Origin: Gammaproteobacteria bacterium
Lineage (GTDB): Bacteria > Pseudomonadota > Gammaproteobacteria > Eutrophobiales > Eutrophobiaceae
Assembly: GCA_963422205.2 (NCBI GenBank)
Contig: CAXMWX010000001.1
Coordinates: forward strand, 551,011-615,010
Length of the DNA stretch: 64,000 bases
Reading direction: 5' to 3'
Below are positions 56,677 to 64,000 of the stretch, in pieces; position 1 is the stretch's first letter; each line of letters starts with the position of its first letter. The notes beneath the pieces are model-generated. The model saw only the letters and a program-made list of their open reading frames with translations. It ran no database searches and was not told the DNA's origin. The translations under genes and the position numbers were made by a program.

Positions 56677-58113
56677 ATGACCGAGTTGCAGATCATCATC
56701 GCCGTGTTCCTGGCCTATCTCGCCCTGCTGGCGGGCCTGGCGCTGTGGAGCAAAAAAGCGGCGATTAACCCGGCCGGCTACTTTATCGCCGATAAAAAAC
56801 TGCCTTACTGGGTGGTGGCCTTCAGCGCCAATGCCACCGGGGAGAGCGGCTGGTTGCTGCTGGGCCTGACCGGCATGGCCTATGTGGTGGGCGTGCATGC
56901 GCTCTGGGTGTCCGTGGGCGAGGTGATGGGCGTGGCCTTGAGCTGGTGTCTGATTGCAGGGAAGCTGAAACGGCGCAGTGATAAATGCGGCGCCATCACC
57001 TTGCCGGATTACCTGGCCAGCGAGTTTGACGATAAAAAACAGTACCTGCGCCTGTGCAGTGTACTCATCATCATGGTGATGGTACTGGCTTATGTCGCTG
57101 CACAAATGGTGGCGGCTGGCAAGGCATTCAGCGATTTCATGCAGATCAGCTATGTCAGCGGCGTTATCCTCGGGGCGGCGGTGACGCTGCTCTATACCAT
57201 CATCGGCGGTTACAAGGCAGTCGCCTACACCGATCTGGTGCAGGGTGTGCTGATGTTGCTGGCGCTGGTGATCTTGCCGGCGGTGGCCATCCATGAGGCG
57301 GGCGGCTTCTCATCGCTGCTCGCCAGCCTGCGGCATGAGGATGCAGCTTTGCTGTCCATCACAGGGCCGCATGGCTTCTCACTCGCCGGTGGCATTGCGG
57401 TGGCGAGTTTTCTGGCCATCGGCTTGCCGTTTCTGGGTGTGCCGCAGTTTTTGGTGCGTTATATGTCCATAGTCGATGCAGAGCAGATTCCCAAAGCGGC
57501 CGCCATGTCGATTACTTGTGCGGTCTGTTTTAGCTTCGGTGCTGTGCTCACCGGCCTGGCCGGCCGCATCCTGTTCCCCGGGCTGGCTGATGCAGAATTG
57601 ATCATGCCAACCCTCAGCCGTGAGCTGTTTCCACCGCTGATAACAGCCATCTTGGTTATCGTGCTGCTGGCGGCGATCATGTCCACGGTGGATTCATTGC
57701 TCATTCTGCTCTCCTCTGCCGTTACCTGCGATTTGCTGGAGAGAATCATTGCCCCTGGCCTGTCCAGTGCTGCGCTTTCCACCATAGGCAAGCTGGTGAC
57801 CCTGGCGGTTGGCATTGCGGCTGTGTTGATTGCCCTGACCGAGAACCGGACGATCTTCTGGTTTGTCCTGTTTTCCTGGTCTGGCCTGGGGTCGGCCTTT
57901 GGTCCGCTCATCCTGTCTATCCTGTTCTGGCGAGGTGTCACCCTGCCCGGTGCCCTGGCCGGTATGCTCGGTGGTTTTTTAACCACTGTGATCTGGAGTG
58001 TGTCTATCAAACCCCATGCGCTGGATATGTATGAGGCCATCCCCGGCTTTCTGGTGAGCTTTTTGCTGATCGTGATGGTCAGTAAGCTGACCGCGGCAAA
58101 ACCGGCGGTTTGA
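56677..58113 (+). CDS. Sodium:solute (proline-type) symporter
   Basis: SANATGESGWLLLGL, GGYKAVAYTD, LAAIMSTVDS, WSGLGSAFGP. Confidence 0.9.
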   Translation: MTELQIIIAVFLAYLALLAGLALWSKKAAINPAGYFIADKKLPYWVVAFSANATGESGWLLLGLTGMAYVVGVHALWVSVGEVMGVALSWCLIAGKLKRRSDKCGAITLPDYLASEFDDKKQYLRLCSVLIIMVMVLAYVAAQMVAAGKAFSDFMQISYVSGVILGAAVTLLYTIIGGYKAVAYTDLVQGVLMLLALVILPAVAIHEAGGFSSLLASLRHEDAALLSITGPHGFSLAGGIAVASFLAIGLPFLGVPQFLVRYMSIVDAEQIPKAAAMSITCAVCFSFGAVLTGLAGRILFPGLADAELIMPTLSRELFPPLITAILVIVLLAAIMSTVDSLLILLSSAVTCDLLERIIAPGLSSAALSTIGKLVTLAVGIAAVLIALTENRTIFWFVLFSWSGLGSAFGPLILSILFWRGVTLPGALAGMLGGFLTTVIWSVSIKPHALDMYEAIPGFLVSFLLIVMVSKLTAAKPAV

Positions 58114-58192
58114 CTATCAACAGGCAATTTGAAAGACTTGCCGTTTGCCAATGATAACAAACCAGCACCGGCTGAAGGACACCCGCTAAGAC

Positions 58193-59641
58193 GTGCATCC
58201 CCCTGCAACCGACAATAGCCTTTGGAACCCGGATCTCGCGCCCACCGATGCCAGCCAGCGTACCTGGAACTGGATTAATATTGCCGCCTTGTGGGTAGGC
58301 ATGGTGGTGTGCGTGCCGGCTTATCTCCTGGCCTCCGGGCTGATGCAGCAGGGCATGGCTTGGTGGCAGGCGGTGTTGACCGTGCTGCTGGGCAATGCGG
58401 TGGTGATGATTCCGATGCTGCTGAACGGCCATGCCGGGGCGAAATACGGCGTGCCGTTTCCCGTCCTGCTGCGGTCATCGTTCGGTACGGTGGGTGCTAA
58501 ATTGCCCGCCCTGCTGCGCGGGCTGGTCGCCTGTGGCTGGTTTGGTATCCAGACCTGGGTGGGTGGTTTTGCCGTCTACCAGATCATCAACGCCGTCAGC
58601 AGTAATGCCTTTGTCGGTACACCGCTGCCATTGCTGGCGATTGATCTCACCCAGCTGGTGTGTTTTCTTGCCTTCTGGGGCCTGCAACTTATTTTCATTG
58701 TCAAAGGCACGGAGTCCATCCGCTGGCTGGAGACCCTGGCGGCGCCGTTTCTGCTGGCCGCCGCATTGGCATTGCTGATCTGGGCCTACATGGCCGCCGA
58801 TGGCTTCAGCGATATGTTGGGCAGGCCTTCCGCGTTTGTGCCGGGCGGGGCAAGAGAGGGTGAGTTCTGGCCGGTGTTCTGGCTTGGCTTGACCGCAATG
58901 GTGGGTTTCTGGTCGACCATGACCTTGAGCATCCCGGATTTTACCCGCTATGCCCGCAGCCAGCGTGATCAAATCCTGGGCCAAAGTATCGGCTTGCCGC
59001 TGCCTATGGCGATGCTGGCATTGATCAGCGTGCTGGTGACCTCGGCCACCGTGCTGATCTTCGGTGAAGCGATATGGGACCCGGTGGTGATTGCCGGTCG
59101 TCTGGGGGGTGCGGGCGTCATCATCGGCCTGCTGGCCTTGATAGTCGCTACGATCACCACCAACCTGGCGGCCAATGTGGTGGCACCGGCCAATGGGTTT
59201 TCCAATCTGGCGCCACAGAGAATCTCATTTCGGCTGGGAGGGTTCATCACCGCCGGGATTGGGATTGCCATCATGCCCTGGAAGCTGCTGGACTCTGCCG
59301 GGGCGTATCTAATCATCTGGCTGGTCGGCTATTCTTCGCTGCTGGGGCCAGTCGTGGGCATCATGATCTGCGATTATTTTCTCATCCGCCGCTGTCAGTT
59401 GATTACCTCTGCCCTGTATGACAGCCGCGGGGCGTATGCCTACAGCAAGGGCTGGAATCTGAGCGCACTGGCGGCCTTGCTATTGGGTATCCTGCCGAAT
59501 ATTCCCGGTTTTCTGCATGCAGTTGGTGTGCTTGATGGTATCGCCCAGTGGTTGATCAGCCTCTATCACTACGCCTGGTTTGTGGGTGCGTTCACGGCGG
59601 GGCTGGTGTATTTTCTGCTGATGCGGCGGCGCTCACCATAA
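58193..59641 (+). CDS. NCS1 nucleobase:cation symporter
   Basis: LWVGMVVC, GAKYGVPFPV.LRSSFG, ACGWFGIQTW, IPDFTRYA, NLAAN. Confidence 0.93.
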   Translation: MHPPATDNSLWNPDLAPTDASQRTWNWINIAALWVGMVVCVPAYLLASGLMQQGMAWWQAVLTVLLGNAVVMIPMLLNGHAGAKYGVPFPVLLRSSFGTVGAKLPALLRGLVACGWFGIQTWVGGFAVYQIINAVSSNAFVGTPLPLLAIDLTQLVCFLAFWGLQLIFIVKGTESIRWLETLAAPFLLAAALALLIWAYMAADGFSDMLGRPSAFVPGGAREGEFWPVFWLGLTAMVGFWSTMTLSIPDFTRYARSQRDQILGQSIGLPLPMAMLALISVLVTSATVLIFGEAIWDPVVIAGRLGGAGVIIGLLALIVATITTNLAANVVAPANGFSNLAPQRISFRLGGFITAGIGIAIMPWKLLDSAGAYLIIWLVGYSSLLGPVVGIMICDYFLIRRCQLITSALYDSRGAYAYSKGWNLSALAALLLGILPNIPGFLHAVGVLDGIAQWLISLYHYAWFVGAFTAGLVYFLLMRRRSP

Positions 59642-59705
59642 TATTTTGACTGAATGGTAAACGGCTTGTTACTCTAAATCTGCACACCTGACGCCGGAGG
59701 AGGCC

Positions 59706-60710
59706 GTGATGGAATTCGCTATTTGTTTTAAGGGGTTTATGAGTCCAGAGCGGGCACGCTATCTGGTACGCCAGGCCGAGGTGGGCGGATTTACCTATTG
59801 TTGGTTTTACGATTCTCATATTCTATGGCGGGATTGTTACCCGGCGATAGCCATGTGTATGGAACACACCCGCACCATGCGTTTTGGCCCTTGCGTGACC
59901 AATCCGAATGTGCGCGACTGGTCGGTGGCCGCCAGCCTGTTTGCCAGTTTATCACTACAAAGCGGCGGACGATTCGATATTGGCCTTGGCCGGGGCGACA
60001 GCTCCATGCGGGTGATGGGCAAGCCGCCGGCCACCTTAGCCCGTGTGGCGGAATTTACCGAGAAGGTCAGGGCGATGGTCAGGGGCGAGGCGGTCACTTA
60101 CGATGGCTGTCCGAGCAGCGTGCAATTCGAATGGAGTGCAGGCCATGATATGCCGGTATGGATAGGGGCTTACGGGCCGAAGGCATTAGCGACCGCCGGC
60201 AAGCATGCGGACGGTGTCATCTTGCAGATTGCCGAGCCGGCGCTCATTCCGTGGTTTGTTCAGCAGTGTCATCAGGCGGGGGCAGCGGCCGGTCGGGATA
60301 TGTCGGGCTTTCGCGTGATGGCGGCTGCGCCGGCGTATTTTGGCACGATGGATGAATGCGTTGAGGCCACCCGCTGGTTTCCGGCCATGGTGGGCAATCA
60401 TGTGGCCGATATCGTAGAAAAATATGGCACGAATTCTGACGTGCCGGCCAGCCTGACCGATTACATTGAGCAACGGCGCGGGTATGACTACAGCAAGCAT
60501 GGGCAGAGCGATAATCCATATCTTGACTTCATCACCCCGGAGATTGTGCAGAGCTTCGCTGTGCTGGGCACGGTGGAGGCGCATATTGAAAAGTTACAGG
60601 CGCTGAAGGCCGCCGGCGTCACGCAGTTTAATATCTACCTGGATAACGGCAATGAAGAAGAAATCATCGCCAAGTATTCAAAATATGTGATTCCCGCCTT
60701 TCGTGAGTGA
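59706..60710 (+). CDS. Luciferase-like monooxygenase/oxidoreductase of the family found in pyrimidine-utilisation clusters (TIGR03842-like)
   Basis: W.YDSHILW, GPCVTNP..RDWSV, GLGRGDS, GAYGPKAL, MVGNHVAD. Confidence 0.8.
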   Translation: MMEFAICFKGFMSPERARYLVRQAEVGGFTYCWFYDSHILWRDCYPAIAMCMEHTRTMRFGPCVTNPNVRDWSVAASLFASLSLQSGGRFDIGLGRGDSSMRVMGKPPATLARVAEFTEKVRAMVRGEAVTYDGCPSSVQFEWSAGHDMPVWIGAYGPKALATAGKHADGVILQIAEPALIPWFVQQCHQAGAAAGRDMSGFRVMAAAPAYFGTMDECVEATRWFPAMVGNHVADIVEKYGTNSDVPASLTDYIEQRRGYDYSKHGQSDNPYLDFITPEIVQSFAVLGTVEAHIEKLQALKAAGVTQFNIYLDNGNEEEIIAKYSKYVIPAFRE

Positions 60711-61058
60711 TCGACAGCCTTACCAGGCTGGAGAGCCTATTATTCACATTTCCCTGCTGAACAAGCAATCCAGTTTCCATACCAACAGCAGATCATTCTA
60801 CGCTTGCCGGGTTATTCGTTATCACCTTAAGTCAGCCGCTTGATCTTTTTTTTACCAAGTAGTAGAGTCATAAAAATGACAGCAAATTTGTTGTGAGTTG
60901 GATACAGATCATGTCTGTTTTCAATGAACTTGCTTGGGAACCGGGGGGTTGCACAGCTAATCTCCCTAGATTCAGGGCATTTTCATTGTATCAGACTAAT
61001 TCACAATGCCGTTCAGTGCGTAGCGACTGTTTCGTTCGTAAAGTCTTAAGGGGGAGAA

Positions 61059-63218
61059 ATGCTCAAAGCAAAATTTATTGCAGGAATCTCGGTAATACTT
61101 ATCGCTGCAACGCAATTTGCACCCGCTCAGGAAAGTGGGATGGTTTTTGAGGAGATCGTGGTGACGGCACAAAAGCGCGAGCAGAACATTGACGATGTGC
61201 CCGCAGCTATTTCTGCTTTTTCGGCCGATACCATGACCCGGCAAGGCATCAGCAATATCCGCGACCTGGGCAAGTTTGTGCCCAATTTGAGTATCACGAA
61301 TTTTTCTGCCGGCAGCGCCATCTCATCCAACCCCTTCATCCGCGGTATCGGCATACAGGATCACCTGATTACGACCGACCCGGGGGTGGGCGTTTATATT
61401 GACGGGGTGTATCTCGGGCGACAGGTAGGGCAGAACTGGAGTCTGGCCAATATTGAACGGCTGGAGGTGCTGAGAGGCCCGCAGGGAACCCTATACGGGC
61501 GCAACTCCATTGGTGGCGCCATCAATATTATCACCCGCCGACCCGGCGAGGAAAATGAGGCCCGCATTTCCCTGGCCGGTGGCACCCGTGGTCATGTCAA
61601 CACGGATGCCTATGGCAGCTACCGGGTCAGCGATCAGCTTGCCCTCGCCGCCTCGGTTGCCTATAAACGCCGCAATGGTCTGGGCAGGTTCGTCAATCTG
61701 ACCAGCAACAAACACGATGTCGGCGAATTCGATGATATTTCCGGGCGCCTCAGTCTGCTGTTGACACCGAATGACGATTTCTCCGCCCTGTTCGCCTTCG
61801 ATGGCAATGACGGCAGCAGCGGCCTGAACCCCTACACCACGATTCTGCTGCCCGGTGGCAATACCGGCAATGCCGGTATTGATAACAGCGATGTCGCCGT
61901 GAATCGGTTTGACAATGCCACCGGTGAAGAGGAGTTGGCCGATAACCGCAACTCCTCCTATGGCTTCTCCGCTACCCTGGACTATGCCTTGAATGAAAAC
62001 ATCCGCACCCGATTTATTGCCAGCCGCCGCAAATCCACCTATCAGGCCGGGCTGGATGATGATGCCACGGTGGTAAAAGTGCATGATTACGGCGAGCAAG
62101 GCGAGGCCGAGCAGAGCTCGTTTGAATTGCAAGTCAATGGGGACTACGGCCCGGTCGATTTTGTCACCGGCCTGTATTACTTTGAGGAAGAGGGTAAGAA
62201 CCTGCAACCGCGCTATACCTTTGCTCAATTCCCGCCCAACCGGTTCCGGCTGGCGCAACAGGTGGACAGCTATGCGGCTTATGCCAATGTCGGTTATACC
62301 TTTGCTGAGCGCTTGCGGCTGGCGGCGGGTGCCCGCTTCAACTATGACAAAAAAGACGGGCGGGTGGAGATCGGTGACAGCATCGCCGCCACGGCCGATG
62401 ATACCTCTTCAGAATGGAGTTGGGCGCTGACGGCCACCTATGATTTGACCGATACGATTACTCTCTACGGTAACATCCAGAGCGGTTATCAGTCCGGTCA
62501 GTTCCCGCCGCGGCCCTTCTGCCTGTTCGGCGAGCAGGATGCGACCCAACCCGGCAACGTTGCAGCATCCAACTGTTTTAATGGCAGCCTGGAAAACATC
62601 ACCGCCCTGAACATTGAAGGCGGCATCAAAGGCATTTTCTTTGAGCGCTTGCAGGGCAGCCTGACGCTGTTTCACACCCAGTATTCCGACCTGCCCTATC
62701 AGGTGAGCACCACCGAGGGCGCAGGATTTAACACGGTCAACCTGATCGCAGAGCAGGATTCCACCGGGGTGGAGCTTGAGGGGAAACTGCTCATCACCGA
62801 TGGTTTGTATCTGAACGCCAGCATGGGGTATATCGATCAGCAAGTGAAGGGTGCCGTGCCAGGGGCGGCGGCACCACTGACGCCGGAATTGACTTACTCC
62901 ATCAGCCCTGAATACAGCTTTCCCCTGCCCGGTGATGGCGGCACGGTCAGCGTGCGGCTGGATTACAGCTACCGGGATGCGTTCTTCGGCGAGCCGAGTT
63001 CAGACCCGGGCCGCAATACCCTGGTCAATGGCCGGGGATTGCTGAACTTCAATATCGGCTATGCTTCAGCGGATGAGACTTGGCGCATTGCCGCCTATGG
63101 CAGAAATGTGCTGGACAAGCGCTATGAAAGCGCCCGCCTGAATACGGGGGATTATCTGATTGCGGTCCTGGCCAATGATGCCAGCGAGTTTGGCCTGCGC
63201 TTCACCCGGGATTTCTGA
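61059..63218 (+). CDS. TonB-dependent receptor
   Basis: EEIVVTAQKRE, GVYIDGVY, LEVLRGPQGTLYGRN, terminal Phe. Confidence 0.95.
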   Translation: MLKAKFIAGISVILIAATQFAPAQESGMVFEEIVVTAQKREQNIDDVPAAISAFSADTMTRQGISNIRDLGKFVPNLSITNFSAGSAISSNPFIRGIGIQDHLITTDPGVGVYIDGVYLGRQVGQNWSLANIERLEVLRGPQGTLYGRNSIGGAINIITRRPGEENEARISLAGGTRGHVNTDAYGSYRVSDQLALAASVAYKRRNGLGRFVNLTSNKHDVGEFDDISGRLSLLLTPNDDFSALFAFDGNDGSSGLNPYTTILLPGGNTGNAGIDNSDVAVNRFDNATGEEELADNRNSSYGFSATLDYALNENIRTRFIASRRKSTYQAGLDDDATVVKVHDYGEQGEAEQSSFELQVNGDYGPVDFVTGLYYFEEEGKNLQPRYTFAQFPPNRFRLAQQVDSYAAYANVGYTFAERLRLAAGARFNYDKKDGRVEIGDSIAATADDTSSEWSWALTATYDLTDTITLYGNIQSGYQSGQFPPRPFCLFGEQDATQPGNVAASNCFNGSLENITALNIEGGIKGIFFERLQGSLTLFHTQYSDLPYQVSTTEGAGFNTVNLIAEQDSTGVELEGKLLITDGLYLNASMGYIDQQVKGAVPGAAAPLTPELTYSISPEYSFPLPGDGGTVSVRLDYSYRDAFFGEPSSDPGRNTLVNGRGLLNFNIGYASADETWRIAAYGRNVLDKRYESARLNTGDYLIAVLANDASEFGLRFTRDF

Positions 63219-63290
63219 TCACTGCCGCGCTGCAATCAAGCCTGTCGGCCTGATGATTGCTGTCTGACCCAATCACGATAGAATAAGGCC

Positions 63291-64000
63291 ATGCTGCCGC
63301 AGGAGTTGATCCGTAAAAAAAGAGATGCCGGGCGCCTGACCGAGCAGGAGATCAACGACTTCATCCAGGGCGTATCTGCTGGTGCGATCAGCGCTGAACA
63401 GATCGCCGCCCTGGCCATGGCTATCTATTTTAATGGCATGACGCCTGCCGAGACCGGCTATCTGACCCGGGCCATGGTGGCATCCGGCCAGACGATTGAC
63501 TGGTCTGGTCTGGATTTATCCGGCCCGGTGGTGGATAAACATTCCACCGGCGGTGTGGGGGATAAGGTCAGTTTGATGCTGGCGCCTGTTGTTGCGGCCT
63601 GCGGTGGCTGTGTCCCCATGATTTCAGGCCGGGGACTGGGGCATGGCGGCGGCACCCTGGACAAACTGGACAGTATCCCCGGCTACCGCACTGCCCCGGA
63701 TGTGGCGCAACTCAAGGCCGTGGTGAAGTCGGTGGGCTGTGCCATCATCGGCCCGACCAGTGACCTGGCGCCAGCCGATAAACGCCTCTACGCCATCCGT
63801 GATGTCACCGCCACGGTAGAGTCCATTCCCCTGATTACCGCCTCCATCCTGTCCAAGAAGCTGGCCGCTGGCCTTGATGCCCTGTGCATGGATGTCAAGA
63901 CGGGCAATGGGGCATTCATGCCGACCAGGCAACAGGCCGAGGCGCTGGCGGAGGCCATCGTCGATACGGCGGCTGAGATCGGGCTGCCGGTGAGGGCGAT
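63291..64000 (+). CDS. deoA: Thymidine phosphorylase, runs off window end
   Basis: Hand translation [12 protein letters not shown]...[11 protein letters not shown]...[16 protein letters not shown]...ASILSKK; absent from the ORF track because there is no stop in the window. Confidence 0.93.
   Translation, partial: MLPQELIRKKRDAGRLTEQEINDFIQGVSAGAISAEQIAALAMAIYFNGMTPAETGYLTRAMVASGQTIDWSGLDLSGPVVDKHSTGGVGDKVSLMLAPVVAACGGCVPMISGRGLGHGGGTLDKLDSIPGYRTAPDVAQLKAVVKSVGCAIIGPTSDLAPADKRLYAIRDVTATVESIPLITASILSKKLAAGLDALCMDVKTGNGAFMPTRQQAEALAEAIVDTAAEIGLPVRA

Noticed and set aside
56344-57294. Long antisense ORFs here and opposite other genes (e.g. 13456-14386, 39114-39794, 61491-62258)
   Set aside because: They are shadow frames of well-supported genes in GC-rich DNA and show no recognisable motifs.

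Overview
64 kb of a probable gammaproteobacterial chromosome (cmoB, moaB, mazG, folE2-ispA-xseB, parE, deoA). The left 28 kb is a type I-G (I-U) CRISPR-Cas locus. It has a ~11.8 kb array (about 163 repeats of 36 bp, counted by eye), a leader, cas2, a cas4-cas1 fusion and an intact csb1-csb2-cas3-cas8g effector cassette. Upstream in the same orientation lie a 44-codon relic of another cas3 and a second, divergent and decaying cassette (cas3 frameshifted, cas8g intact, csb1 frameshifted, csb2 truncated). The array records its own history: block-wise switches of the terminal repeat base (G, C, T, G), and many overlapping or variant spacers that let a 5'-TTN PAM be read from the array alone. A second candidate novelty is at 31.3-33.1 kb. 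A structured non-coding region that resembles (from memory) the bridge-RNA-encoding left end of IS110 elements runs directly into a membrane protein with a PD-(D/E)XK-like motif instead of a recombinase. The rest is housekeeping and metabolism: MATE, MoxR-DUF58-transglutaminase, L,D-transpeptidase/Lpp, a MalT-type regulator with a TonB receptor and acoABC, and a pyrimidine/nucleoside-scavenging cluster. All calls are by motif recognition; no searches were run.
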